Below are positions 26,607 through 40,472 of a stretch of DNA of 64,000 nt, in pieces (the stretch's first letter is position 1; every line of letters starts with the position of its first letter). The translations under genes and the position numbers were made by a program. A model generated the notes under the pieces. It did no database searches. It saw nothing but the letters and a program-made list of their open reading frames with translations, and was not told the origin of the DNA. The stretch is taken from assembly GCF_009914755.1 (NCBI RefSeq), contig NC_060929.1. One strand, written 5' to 3'. Source of the DNA: the human T2T-CHM13v2.0 reference genome, Homo sapiens.

Positions 26607-26879
26607 AAAAATGTGCTTATGATTAGGGCACATGACACAGTTTGACTGTCAGGATAAGTTCTGCACCTGTGAAAGGCAGAATTGCAACCAAACTGTCACA
26701 CAGAATGCCACCTCCTATCTCCACAGAGGGTGCTGCTAATTGACGCACTGGAAAAAATCTCCCATAAGAAGGATGCTCTATGGGATTGCAATGCAATTTG
26801 AGGGGTTTTTTTTGTTTTGTTTGGGTTTTTTTTTCTGCTCATCTCATTTCCATATTTGTCATAAATGTCTCGATTTCTT

Positions 26880-27400
26880 GAGTTTGGTCAGCTGCATAAG
26901 GAGCAAGAAGTAAAAATCATCAGAATCATTTCAACTGTTGGGAAAACCGGATTAATGCTGGCTGTTAAAAGCTGTTAATTGCAGTTTACAAAAGAGAAAT
27001 CCCTTATCTTTGAAAGTTCACTTGCTTGAGTGACTCATTCTTCCTGGGAGGGATTAATGCTTAATTAGAAAAAGATGCTAAACAATCTGATGTGCTTCCT
27101 GAATGAAAATCTCACCTTAGTTTTAAAGATTCTTAACAAGGTAACATGCTAATTATTTAATGAATGATTTGTGCTGAGCACTAGAGATGTGTTAAAATAG
27201 CAGTGCTTATCGCGTTTGGCACAGCTCCCAGAAATCAGTCCACTGAGTACTCTAGGATTTGGTGCCAAGCCTGTTTTTTGTTGTGCTTGGTGCTTGGTTT
27301 TGTTTTCCCACCTTTGAGTGTAAACATGTTTGTCAAGGTACACTGTTAGGGGAAACAGAGAGGGGCAGGGAGGGAAAGCCTGGTGGTCAAGGAAGTGAGG
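26880..27400. promoter_or_regulatory. Putative enhancer (repeat-free TF-motif cluster)
   Basis: AP-1 TGACTCA 27031-27037, two GGATTAATGCT (26949, 27051), GATA CTTATC x2, CTTTGAA, FOX TGTAAACA, ETS GGAAGT; motif-based only. Confidence 0.35.
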
Positions 27401-29049
27401 GTGGTGGAGGAAGAGAAGAGAAGAGAGGAAGAAAAAACAGCCAGAACTCCATCTTACCTTTGGACTATGACTGCACTATGCTGACAAATACCTGGAAATA
27501 TCTGTACTCCAACCTTGCTGTAATAAGGATGTAAAGAAATTAGGAAGAGTAGCATGTATGCTTCAGAGGAAGGTGCAAGGCATTGCAAGCCTGACTTCAC
27601 ACTTTTCTTGGCTGTCAGGGGGTTTTCTCCTTCACAACAATACCCCAATGTTTTGGTAGGCTGACTCCAGTTCACTTTACTAAGTGGGGAGGCATGGGTG
27701 GAATGCCAGGTATGTCTACAGAGCAAAGCAGTGCAGGCAGGCTGACGCCAGGAGAGAATAGGCAGGTACCTATTGAGTTACAGGATTTCTACAAATCTAA
27801 TCCGCATGTAATGTGAGACTTATTGCAGAGCCAGCCTCTGCTAGTGTTGTGAAGTCTGAGGATATGAACAGTCTCAGGACCAAAGATCCCAGTTAACCCA
27901 TTGAAATCCAGTTGACCAAAACTAATAGCTTCTTATTGTTGTAATGTTATTTAATTAGAAATTGTAATTAGAAGTTTCTTGCTAATTGTATAAAAATACT
28001 CAGAGTAAAATATTAATGAACAGAGATATTTAATATGCCTGCAATACAGTGAATACACAATACAGTCAAAGCAACCAGGGCTATTTTAAGTTACTCTCTA
28101 TTTAATATGTATGACATTGGATAGTCTATACATTACTAATGATGGGTATCTATAATTTATAGTACAGTTTTGCATGTGATAAGTTTGTTATGAAAATTTA
28201 AAACAGCAAGTTGTTTATTAGTATTTTAAAAAATCTACTTAAGGGAGACATTTGTTTTCTGGGACATCTTCATTAATTATTGTAATAAATTGATGATAAA
28301 TTTATTAAAGGAAGGAAATCAGAATTGCCAACATAAATAGGAAAAAGGCCCAGAGACTGAAGTATCAAATAATTATGATACATTTCATACACTTTGCCTG
28401 ATGATCAACCAACAAACCTCTTAGGAAAGTGGGTAAAGGAAATGAAAGTGTTTCTATACTTAATGTAAGATCATAGGAATTTTCTAGGTCAAGTTCTATA
28501 GATTAAGAATGATCAATCTTCAAGACATTCTACAATTATACAAAGATAGGACAATTGTTCTTACTTTATCAACTGTGATAAAACTCCAACCATAACTCAA
28601 AAGCCCACGTTAAAAATATTCTTAAGATATATTAACTAATAAATAACATTTAACCTCAGAAATATTTCGAGAGGCATGACTCCAATTACCTTCAGTGTTT
28701 CTTATATGTTGATATCCTCTCCGCAGGTATTTATGTTCATTATCATATTTAGACACCTTTAATAAATTGGCAACATCTTCTTCTAGGGTTTTGTTTATTA
28801 ACACAAAGATGCCAACATCAAGGGTTTAAAAGTCTATATACTGATACAGGAATAAGTGTCTCCTGTGGTCCATGTATTCTAACAGATACTTTAGGTATGT
28901 GAGTTTATTTATGCACTTTTATGATTCTCAGTGTTAGCATGAAGAAATTGAGGCCCATATCAAATAACTAGTAAATAACACATGCAGACATAAACCCAAG
29001 ACAGTTGATTCAAAGCCTTTTTTGGAGCAGTGTTAAATGTGGGAGACAA

Positions 29050-29305
29050 TATAGCACTACTCAAAAAAGCTAAGGATGAGAATAACATTAGACTTGTTAT
29101 CTGGAGCTCTGTGTTGAAAAATGTCACTTCTACTTCCTAACTTTTAAACTGACAGTTTGCAGCATCTCTATGTGCCTCAGTGTCCTTGTCTTTAAATAGG
29201 AATATAAAACTTACATGAGGATGCTTGTGTAAGAATGAAGTGAGACAACACTAATGAACACAACTGTGCCGACAATGTGTAGTGGCAGACAGTAATGTTA
29301 GCTCT
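29050..29305 (+). mobile_element. MIR SINE
   Basis: 'tgtgcctcagtgtccttgtctttaaataggaat...aagaatgaagtgagacaa...taatgttagct'. Confidence 0.65.
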
Positions 29306-30199
29306 GCTCTGTAATATTACACCCAAGTCTCTCTCTGGGTCTTGAGCTGGGTGCTGTTCCAATACACACATACTGCATCGCGAGAGCAATCCTGTTTTAA
29401 ACATGGGTGAGGTAGAGAGGGATCAAAAACAGGATACGCCCTGGCTCCCGGCTGAACTGCACAGCTCTTGCAGAATTTACTGAAGGAGATTGCCTCTGAA
29501 CCTCCTTCAAGGAGGTTGCAAGTTACCTTTTAAGTTGATTTGTGACACTAAAGCTAACCCAATCCTAAATTTGTTCACTCCCCCACTCTGCTTGGTTCTT
29601 TCAAGCTATTGCCAGTTTTATCCCTGTTTAACCTTTGTGGTAGATAAGAAGATAACTATTAAATCTTGGACTACTGAGTAGGCCTCTTGGAGACTGCACT
29701 CAGTATCTAACAAAAGAATGTGGAGAGAGATTCTAAGCAGTTTTTTTTTTTTTTAACCAAAAACATTGATTAAAACTAACAAATTAAGGACATTTGCCAA
29801 AATGGCATCTGTTTAATGGTGCTCCTAATCCCCAAGTTATTACTATCTTTAGTGTTTGCTAAAGATATGAAATCTCCAAACATACTGAGTAATTTTACTG
29901 AGTGATAATAGTCTATATTAATTATGCTCTATGTTTTCAACATGGCAGCAAACGTTTCCTTTTTCTTTAGGCCAGACTCATATTTAGAATACCAAATATA
30001 TCTCTATAAATAGTTATATTTCTGTATTTTATTGATGCTAGATTTAAAATTTCCAAAGAAAATGTAGTTTAGAATAGTTTATTTCTATGATAAAGCAGAT
30101 TGCTTAAAACTGATGTTTTAAAGAAAAGCTATAAAGTTTTAAAAGTGAAGATTAAAACATTTTAGCAATAAATGATACCTGAGACTTTTAAAAATTCAA

Positions 30200-33100
30200 T
30201 TTCATGGTAAATGTTTCATATGCACTCGAAAAAAAATGTGTATTCCATTGTTATTGGGTGGAGTATTTTATAAATATTAATTAGGTTAAGTTGGATGATA
30301 ATGTTGTTCCTCATTACCATCAACTTGTTGACATCCTGTCTACTTGTTCTATCAATTATTGAGAGAGAGGTATTGAAATCTATTTCTATAATTGTAGATT
30401 TATCATATCTATTTCTTTTTGCAGTTGTATCAGTTTTGCTGCATGTATTTCAAAGTCTTTCTAGGTACATAATTGTTTAGGATTATAATAAATTGATCCT
30501 TTTTGTTATGAAATGACCATCTTAATCCTGGTAATGATTTTGGCCTAAAATCTACTTTGTTCTATATTAATGTAGCCATACTCTCTTTTTGTTAGTGTGG
30601 GCATGGGCATACCTTTTTCCCACCCTTTTGCTCTTATCCTATTTGTATCATTACATTTAAAGTGCATTTTTTATAGGTAACATATACCAATTTTTTATCC
30701 AATCTGGTCATATTTTTTATCCAGTCTGACAATAGCTGCCTTTCAATTGTGGAGACCATTTATAATTAATGTGATTATTAATATAGTTTTACATGTACCG
30801 CATTCCTCTTCATTGTTACTATATTTCATCCCTCCTTTCCTTCCTTTTTTCTCTTTTTCTAGTTTCTTTCAGATTGAGTATTTTTATCATGCCATTTTTT
30901 CTCCTTTGTTGGTTTATTAATTATAACTCTTTTTTATTTAATTTTGTTAGGCTGTGTAGTTTATATATTTAACTCAACACAGTCTACCTTCAAATGATAT
31001 TATTCTACTCCATATACAATATACACTCATTTCTCCTTTCCCAGCTTTTGTGTTCTTGCTGTTGTACATTATATTTTAAACTTATATTATAAACTCTATT
31101 TTATTATCGCTGATTAAATAATTACATAATAAGGTAATTTAAATGATAAAAAAATCATATACTCATCTAGTCATCATTTCTAATGGTCTTCATTCCTTTG
31201 TGTAGTTCCACAAAAGATTTCATCTAGTGTCGTTCATTTATATTTCATGTAGTATCATTTTTCTTCTGCTTGAATAACTTCTTTGAACATTCCTTGTAAA
31301 ACAGTAGTTCCCCTTCATGCATGTGGGATACATTCCAAACTCCCAGTGGATGCCTGAAACTGCAGATAATACCAAACTCTATATAGACTATGTTTTTTCC
31401 TATATATACATAACTAGGATAAAGTTTAATTTATAAATTTGGTACAGTAAGAGATTAATAATAAAAACAGAACAATTATAACATTATATCATAATAAGTT
31501 ATATAAATGTAGTCTTTCTCTCTCTCTGTCTCTGAAAATATCTTAATTTTTGGAACCATGGTTTACTACAAATAACTGAAACTGAAGAAAGTGAAACTGT
31601 GGATAAGGGGGAACTACAGTATAGGTTTGCTAGTGGTTAATTCCTTCAGCTTTCATATGTCTTTATTTTTTCCTTAGCATTTGAATAGTATTTTTGCTGG
31701 GTATAGAATTCTTGGTGGACAGATGTTTCTTTACCTTAAAGATGTTGCTCCACTATCCTATTATTTGTATTATTTCAAATAGGAAGTCTGCTGTAATCCT
31801 TATTTTTGCTCCTTTGTATGTAATATCTTTCTTTTCTGCCTGCTTTTAAGATGTTCTCTTTGCCAATGTTTTTTATCAACTTGATTATGAGGTGCCTTGG
31901 TGTAGTTTTCTTCATGCTTCTTATGCTTTGAGTTCATTGAGCTTCTTAGAGCTAAGGTTTTATTGTTTTTATTAGATTTGGAATAGTTTTGGCCATTGTT
32001 TCTTCAAATATTTGTTTCTGCACCCCCTCTCCTCAGAGATGTGACGTATGTTTATATTAAGTGACTTGAAGTTACCCTTCAAGGCACTGAGGCTGAGTTC
32101 ATTTTAAAATTTTATTGTCTTTTTCTTTTTGTTTCATTTTGGATAGTTTCTGTTGCCATATTTTCAAGTTCACTAATCTTGTCTTTTGCAGTACTTTATC
32201 TGCCATTAATCCCATCCAGTGTATTTTTTTATCTCAAACATTGTAGTTTTCATCTCAAAAATTTGTATTTTCTATATCTCTATTTAACTTTTGGAACATA
32301 CAGAATACAGTTAAAATAACTGTTTGAATGCCCTTGCCTACTAATCGTAGCATCTTTATCAGCTGTGGGTTAGTTTCAACTGATCGATTAGTCTCCCCAT
32401 TATGAGTTATGTTTTCCTGTTTCTTTGCACATCTGGATATCTTTGACTGAATGCCAGACATTGTGAATTTTTGCATTGTTATGTGAGGGATATCTTATAC
32501 TCCAACAAATATTCTTGAATTTTGTTCTTGGATGCTAACTTATTTGGAAATAGTTCAATCATTTTGGTTGTAATTTATGATTTTTAGATGGGTTTTGAGA
32601 AATTCGCATTCCAGAGCTAATTGTTTTTTACTTCTAATCAAGGTCTTATTGAGTGCTCTACCCAATACTTTTTGAAGTCTGAGCTTTCCTGGGCTGGATA
32701 GTAGAAACAAGCACTTTCCCAGGCCCTAAGTGAGCAGTAGGCACTGTTTCTTGAGTTGTTTCACTGGTTCTTTCCCTAGATTCAGGTAGTTTGTTCACAG
32801 GTATGTGCTGGTCAGTACTCTGCTGAATATTCAGATGGCTTTCCATAGATCTCAGTTTCCCATTTCCTTAGTGTTCTCCTCTCCAGTACTCTTATGAACA
32901 CTTACCACCTTGGTCTTCCCAGATCCTCTGCTCTGTCTGCTCAATTCACAAACATCCCCAGACTCCTTCTGGGTTGCCTCTTGCTATGGTTTGGCCTGGA
33001 AACTTTCTCAAGGTGGAAATCTGGGACAATCAGAAGGTTCATCTCTCTTGCTCCTTGTCTCTTGGGGATTACTGTCTTTTGTAGTATAGTATCTAGTGCC

Positions 33101-33225
33101 TTGGGAAAACAAACAAACAAACAAACAAAACACTGATTTATTTTCTGTGTCTGTCTTTGTTTTTGTTGTATTTGTCTGGAAGGTAAATTTAGTCCCTATT
33201 TATCCATCTTGCCCAGAGTGGGGCA
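30200..33225 (-). mobile_element. Old L1M fragment (ORF2 5' part, ORF1, 5' region), interrupted by MER44A
   Basis: 'ttgttctatcaattattgagagagaggtattgaaatct', 'ctgggtatagaattcttggt', 'aagttcactaatctt'; degenerate L1-like minus ORF at 32255-32476. Confidence 0.85.
31302..31619 (+). mobile_element. MER44A (TcMar-Tigger) MITE
   Basis: Matches recalled MER44A consensus; terminal inverted repeats cagtagttcccctt / aagggggaactacag. Confidence 0.92.
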
Positions 33226-33847
33226 AAATTAAATTTCTAAACCAGACAGAGAAATGCATAGATTCTAGAAACTGTAAATGCTCTTGCCAATTACTAGCTC
33301 CTCATTGTACAGTTGTGAATATTAATGTGTAAGACATTAAGTAGTTTTCACAATATTACACACAGTTAGTTACATTGTTATTGTTATTTTTATATAATGA
33401 AACTGAGAACCAGAAAAGTTATCATAGTGTGAGAAACTCAGAGGCCACTATGGATCTGGGCAACAAAAGAGATTTGGTTTGACTGTAAGTTGTTTTCTTT
33501 GTCTGGTTCCTGACCTGTTCTAAACTGAAAGCAGAAAACAGATATCAGCCTTGGGAAACAGGCCTACTCAACAGCTCCTCAAGCATAGGACCATGCTAAT
33601 TACATGGAAAATGTTAAGGATAAGTAGAAGTTGAACAAGTGAATAAGGAATTTATGGACAATGCTCATGCTCTTAAACTACTCATTTTATTACCTTGGCA
33701 TTTCTTTAGTTCTTTCTTCTAGAAAATCACCTATAAAAAAACTCAAAGACACTAATTCATATGGCAGATTAACTCTCTTGTAGACAACCACAAGTGTTAC
33801 CCCACCCAACGTATTTATTTAAAGGAAAAAGCTTGGTAACTGTAAGG

Positions 33848-34080
33848 CGGCATTTCCAAAAGTATATTCCATAATCATGGCCACAAAATAAGAAACTTTC
33901 TGAGCTAAATATTTGACTTCTCAAAACTAAGCAACTTTCTTTCCTGTGGGTTTTTCAATCTTGACATTAATGGATACTTTGCATCTCTAAGAGAGAGAAT
34001 AAAATACGCATCTTTCCCCCAATTTGCTTGTGGAACCGTCATCTAAGACAAGTATTCTATGAAAAATAACCTGGGAAAAG
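33848..34080 (+). mobile_element. hAT-Charlie relic (MER103C-like)
   Basis: 'catttccaaaagtatattcca...ttaatggatactttgcatctctaagagagag...tttcccccaatttgcttgtggaacc'; very degenerate. Confidence 0.4.
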
Positions 34081-35683
34081 TTAACCTAGGAAATAAATTC
34101 TATGGCTAAATTATCAGGTACCACAAAATTTTGTTGGAAAGGTATTTCTGAGGCTAAAAATTATTTTTGAGACACTAAGAGAATTAATAACTTCAGTCCT
34201 TGCAAAAGTGGCTATATGGACTTGTCAAATCAATAGTTTGAATAGTATCTTTCTAAAAGGTCTTCATGAACACTGTACTTGAACAAGAAGAATTAATAGA
34301 AATTTTTACCCATGATGCTTTCCAGGCAGGAAGTATTAATCATAAGTTAACACTGAAATTGTATTTTGGGGGACAAAGAGAAAAAGCCTTAGATGGGTGG
34401 CATAAGAAGAAGGAATTAGGGGTTCGTTTTCATTTCCTTCCAAACTAATTGCCTAAGAAGCTTTTTATATCATCAGGAAGTACACTAACAAATGGCTTTC
34501 TTGACTTTTGCTAATCACTTTATTAATGTGTTAGCCAGATTTTAAAATATGCAGTAGTGTTAATATCTGAGGAGAAAAACCTTTATTATGTATAAATTAC
34601 AAATTTTCTATCTCAATTGCAGTTGAGTTTTAATGTTTCCTTTCCAGAAAAGCCCTAGTACATATTCTTCAGGGAGCAATTCTGCACTCTTAAGGGAATG
34701 AACTGAATGACCTAATGGGTCCTTCCACCTTTAATTTCTGTAATTCAGGAAAGCCTCATAAAACACAAGCTTCCTTTGTGAATTAACTTTTCTCTGAAAA
34801 TATTGAAACTACTTTCTTGCTCTCTTTGGAAGTACTTAAAAATGCTGAACAATATTAGAAATATCTACTGGACCCACACTGAAAAAAATCAGCTAAATTA
34901 TACTCAATAGTTCAAGTGTAAATCTTTCAAAAAATATAACATCTCCAGTCTTTTTTTAATTATAGGAAGCCAGCCATTCATAACACCAAGAAATATAATG
35001 TTAGGGAGAAAGAATCAAAAATAAAAATCAAATCAAGCTAACAACTAATTCTGGAATATCTTTTATGTATAAATTTTATGCATAAGTATCATGGTTAAAA
35101 GAACAAAAGCATTTGCTAAGAACTCAAAAGAGGTATTACATCCCTGTTTAAAACTTGCTAGTAAATGTAATAAAATATATATAAGAATTTTTGTTGAAAA
35201 TTGAATATGTGCTAGAGACCATGAAAAAATTAGAAGAAATATAAGTCAGAGTTCTTTATCATATATGTTTGCTACTTAGGAGGGAACACAAAACCTATGG
35301 TCATAGGATAATTAGTCAGAACATTATAAATCATGAATTGAAGCATAAGAGAGCTCCATTGAAGCTACAAGGGTGAGAGCATGCATAAAGAAGAAGGAGC
35401 TGAGTTATTTGCATCTTCTGTTTCTACCTCCCAGAACTCTTGGTTAAATATAGTCGAGATTAAAATCTGTTTCCTAGGCCCACACAAGAGCTTAGGAGTT
35501 CCAAGAACCACAATATCATCTGCAGAACCACACACTTTTGTGTTTTTCCTAGGGATTAGTGACATTTGTGTTTACATGTTTACACAGTATGTGTTATCTT
35601 TTTATGATTCTAATTCTAAACCAGCGTGAAAAATCACTTAAATCATCGAAATTTTAACTTTAAAATAAAAGCTATTTAGACAA

Positions 35684-35833
35684 CTTTCTTTTTTAGGCAT
35701 GGGGCCTCACGATGTTGCCCCATAGTACAGTGACTATTCACAGGTGTTGTTACAGCTCACTACAGTCTTGAATTCCGAGGTTCAGGCGATCCCCCCACTT
35801 CGGCTTCCTGAGTAGCTGGGACTATAGGTAGGC
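35684..35833 (-). mobile_element. FAM (fossil Alu monomer)
   Basis: Contains FAM-specific 'cagtgactattcacagg'; TSD ttagacaa at 35676-35683 and 35834-35841. Confidence 0.85.
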
Positions 35834-36087
35834 TTAGACAATATTAATGAATTAATAGTAATCCTGTTTTGTGACATAATAGAAAATGTGAAGTGGTTTC
35901 CATTTGCATGTTACTGAATAATTCTTACTATCATTTGATAGTGGTAAACCATGAAATAATTTAATTTTTTGCAGATGTCTTTCCAAAGTTCAAATGTAAA
36001 GCTACACCAAATTGACAATATATTTTGTATGAGCTTTGGACAGATGGAATATCAGAGAATGACATTTCCAGGTTTAAAAATAATCAA

Positions 36088-36520
36088 GAGTCCAGCAACA
36101 GATGACTGGATAAACAAAATATGGCATATAGCTAAAATGAAATATTAATCAGCCATAAAAAGAAATAAAGCTTTGACACATGCCACAACATGGATGAATC
36201 TTGAAAAAAGTGAAATAAGCCAGAAACAAATCACACATATAGTATGATTCCACTTATGTGAAATATATAGTAGGCAAATTTTTCGATATAGCAAATAGAT
36301 TACAGGTAACTAGTGACCGAATTAAGGAGGAAATGGGGAGTTATTGCTTGATGGCTATAGAGTTTCTGTTTGTGGTGATGACAGGGTTTTGGAAATAGAA
36401 GAGTGGTAATGTTTGCACAACATTGTGAATATAATTAATGCCACTGAATTGTACTCTTAAAATTGTTAAAATGACAGTTTTTATGTTAGGTATATTTTAA
36501 TACAATAAAAATGTTTTAAA
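36088..36520 (+). mobile_element. L1MB-type 3' end
   Basis: 'tggataaacaaaatatggcatat...acatggatgaatcttga...gcacaacattgtgaat..ttaatgccactgaattgtac'. Confidence 0.88.
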
Positions 36521-38699
36521 AATAATTAGGAACATTTTCTTGCTTTGTCTTTTGGCATAAGAATGGTTACTATTTATTTCATCCTTATAATCTAAAAAAT
36601 TATAAACTATTTATAAAAGCCACCTACTCTGTAAACAGTGGCCATGAGAGTAACTTGCTTTGATTAGTAGCCTATGTTTGAGAAGGCAAAGAAATAATTA
36701 ACAAGATATGAGCATTGATGAGAAATGAGGTAGAAGTCAAACATGCCAAAGACCTTCAACTCATAGAAACAATGAATGAAAACACCATAGTTATAGCATT
36801 TTTCTGGGGCATTATGCTCTTTGGTAGAAAAAAGAGAAATAATGTGGTTGACAGAGAAGAAAGGGCTAAGGATAAGAAGATCTACATTTTAGTCTTAATT
36901 CTGTTGCTTTCTACATCTAGTAATTCCAGAGACTCACTTCTCTGGGTCTTCCTTTTCTCGCTTGTAATATAAAAGGGCTAGATGAGTATTCTTAGATTTT
37001 ATCCCAGTTGTAAAATTTGGATAGTCAATCCAAGACATTGTGATTCAATGATGTTACTTGTTGAAACCAAATACACATTTAAATCACATTTTTATAACTT
37101 TGATACAATTTTAATATCTTATCAATTGTTGTCAACTAATAAGCTTACGGTTCAGAAATTGGACATTGTCATTTGACCCTCTAACAAGTTAATTTTTTTA
37201 TGTAGCTTCATTTCCAAATTTAAAACCACATAAATTGATAATTTTATCATGATGCTTATAAAATTTTCTATCAACATATTCTTCTAAGAACAGGGTGTGG
37301 CATTGAAGTGTGGCGACTACAGAACATAACCAAAGTGTATAAATGTGTCCAATTTGTATTTTTGACCATGTTACTAATCAACTTGGAAAATAATGATCTA
37401 CAAACTCACTGGCAATTATTATGGTCTGATAAAGTTAATTAAAGTTTCTTCTCATGCAGTATCTCCAATATCATTTCAGTCTTCCTCACAGAAGGGTCAC
37501 AAAGCTATCTTGGACTTTACAAATGTTATTTCCTTTGTTTAGATCATCTATCTGCATAGCAATTAACCCTTATATTCTTCCAGATCCATCCCACATCCTT
37601 GCCCAGAATGTTTTTGAAACTCTCACCAAACAAGGCACTTGCAGAAGGTTAAAGCTAGCACGTGTTCTAAAGTCTGATTCTTTGTTTTACCGTAGGAGCC
37701 TATGAGCCACATGTTTTTGAGGCTGAAAGTGGCAATGGCAAGAATAATAATCCCCTGCCATTCTCAACACAATTTTTAAATTTTGCCCCTCAAATGTGTC
37801 TTTAATGTGCAAAATTGGTTATTATTATTTTAAATGTTTTTACCTCTTCAGATGTATTGGATTATTTAGTTGTTGTATCCCCCAACAACGTTTTTAATAT
37901 AAGGAAGTTATGTCTTCTAATGATTATTTTGATGCTACCCTAATGCAGGAGCTATGGCCTCACACAGTGGGTATTCATTTTGTTGATTCATCTATATTTT
38001 TCTGCTATCTTTGTTTTCTTTAGCATATTGTGTAGCTAGTTCTTATAAGAGACCACAGTGGCAAAGCCAGGTCTGATTTTCACAAGGTATATCAGCAAAC
38101 TCACAAGAACAATGGGTTCTGGCTTGACTTTTTGTCATATTACCTCAACCCCAGGACCTAGGTTCTCGAGCATGTCCAAATGGCCTTTTAATCATGGCAC
38201 AGGATGTTATGACACACTCTACATTAATCTTCAGTAATTGACTGAAGAATTTCAGAATTCCTCCATTCTCTTCAGGATCAGAACCTTGCCCTTCACTAGG
38301 GTCTTTGAACCTTACCAGGTCCTACAATACTCCCCCATGGTGAATTCTATTAGCTATCTTTTGCCAGGAAGACCCCACAGTAATATGGGTATATCTTCTA
38401 GTAAGCAAACCCTTATTTATTTTTCCAAATTAGGGTACCCAATTATGTCTCTCACCACCAGGCCTCACCCACTGATTTAGCCCTCCAAAATGTATAATTG
38501 ATACAGAGTAGTTATTTAACAAACCTCTATTTCATAACTTAATGAGTGCATTATGTCTTAGATTACTATTCTCTGTGAATACTAGGCCTCTGAACTTGGC
38601 TTAGTTCTCCCCAAGTTCTGTCTCTACCCTCTGTCTTCCTTACCCTGTTTTCCATGTCTTTCTCTGACATTCATTAGGAAAACTATATTTAGTTTTCAA

Positions 38700-39930
38700 A
38701 TTTTCTATTTTGGAATTGCAGAACCATTTAAGGTAATTTTTGACATCATTGCTTCCTGCCTTAATATTTCAGCATGCATTTGTAGGAACCTGTTCTCTTG
38801 CATAAATCACAATATCATTATCTGGTCTTTTTTTTTAAAAAAAGAAACTTTGAAAATATATTTATTCTATAGCAATAAATGTTTGTGGTGAGAACTGATT
38901 TATTTATTTTTATTTTTTTTTACAGTGATATTTTATTTTATTTTTTTTTTTTTTTGGCCAAGGATTTTTCTTTTCTTTTTTTCAATTTTATTATTACTAT
39001 ACTTTAAGTTTTATGGTACATGTGCACAACGTGCAGGTTTGTTACATATGTATACATGTGCCATGTTGGTGTGCTGCACCCCATTATCACATCTTAAGAA
39101 AATTAACCATAATTGCATCATATCATATAATCAGTTTCATACTTCAATGTCCCTAAGTGTCCCCAGGATGTCTTTAATAGCTTTCCTCACTTATAGGATT
39201 ACCAAGATTCAGTTTTTTTTGACACATATTGCATTTGGTTTGATGTCTTTTTATTATTTAAAGTCAAGAACAGACCCTCAAGCTTTTTGTTTTATGAGTT
39301 TTTTTTCCTTAGAATTTAGGACAGTAGTCTTTTAGAATGCCCCACATTCTAGATTAGTCTTATGGCTTCTTCATGATTAGATTTAGGTTAAATATTTTTG
39401 GCAAAACACTACATACTAGTGATGCTGTCTACTTCTTATTGCATAGTATAAGGAACACGTAATGTCTAGTCTTTCTGTTGGGAATTCTGAGTTTGATCAT
39501 TCTGTTAATGTAGTGACTGGTGGAACTCTCCATTTCTAAAGTTATATTCTTTCCAATGTGTTGGTAAGTAATCTGTGGTGTGATATTTTTAAGACCATAT
39601 GACCATCGTCTCCCCCAACAACTTATTATCCCTTAATTTTGACATCTATTTATGATCTGCCTGAATCACTTATTACAAGAGAGGTTTCAAAACAGTGATT
39701 TTCTAATTCTGTCATCTCTTCTACATGTATTAGCTAGAATTCATCTGTAGGAAAGAAATAAAAAGTTTTCCTGTTTTCTTGCCTCTTCAATCTTTTTATT
39801 TTTCACTAGCAATATAGATTCTTCACATTTATAGTAATATAATCTATTACCATCATTATTCTTTTAGGTGACATTTTTGAGCCCCTTCAAGAAAGGGGCT
39901 CCTTTTTAGTACATTTCTCCCCATTTTTTG
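38700..39930 (-). mobile_element. Old L1MC-type fragment hosting a younger L1 insertion
   Basis: 'cataaatcacaatatcattatc^acatcttaagaaaattaacc', 'tagaatgccccacattctagatt', 'ggtaagtaatctgtgg'. Confidence 0.75.
38830..39081 (-). mobile_element. Very short L1PA4/5-like 3' end (~90 nt) with 3' transduced sequence and multiple poly(A) tracts
   Basis: L1 3' terminus at ~38990-39081; degenerate TSD cattatctggtctt (38816-38829) / cattatcacatctt (39082-39095). Confidence 0.8.
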
Positions 39931-40472
39931 TATGTTTTGTGGCTTTGTTTTCTTTAAGTTCTCTTTAATAAATTTGAATGCATAATCATTATTTGTAATT
40001 ACAGAAGAATAAATGAAAATAAACTTTATAAACTTCCACAATTTTAGTTTCTTATCAAATTCATGAGTGTAATCCAAGATAGAGATTCAGTAATATAAAA
40101 TCACTAAGTCTGCTTTAATAACATTTTGTTTTATGGTATATTTTATCAACCGCTATTTAGGAATTTGGAATTGAAGCATTGTGGCTTCTTAAGTCTCATA
40201 ATGGGACACAGAAATACCTATTTTCATTTTCTGAGACTCATTCTGTCATTCTTTTATAAAAATCTTGTGAGAGCCTAAACTTGTTCTATTTTATATATTT
40301 TATCTGCAAAATTTACTTATAAGCAAAATGTTTGAAATAAGTGTGTGCTTTTTATGTTAAGATGTGATGCTTTATATGCATATTTGTTTATATATGTATA
40401 TTTGTTACACACAGTATACATATATACCAAGAATGTTCCATGTACACTTCTTCCTTCTGGTAGACTTTATTT

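Noticed and set aside
28622-28804. Protein-looking minus ORF (LINKTLEEDVANLLKV...) with a donor-like AAG|GTAATT
   Set aside because: No credible acceptor or pyrimidine tract, and no family match.
29376-29385. CATCGCGAGA, near-match to the BANP/Kaiso TCTCGCGAGA motif
   Set aside because: Imperfect, isolated and not in a CpG island.
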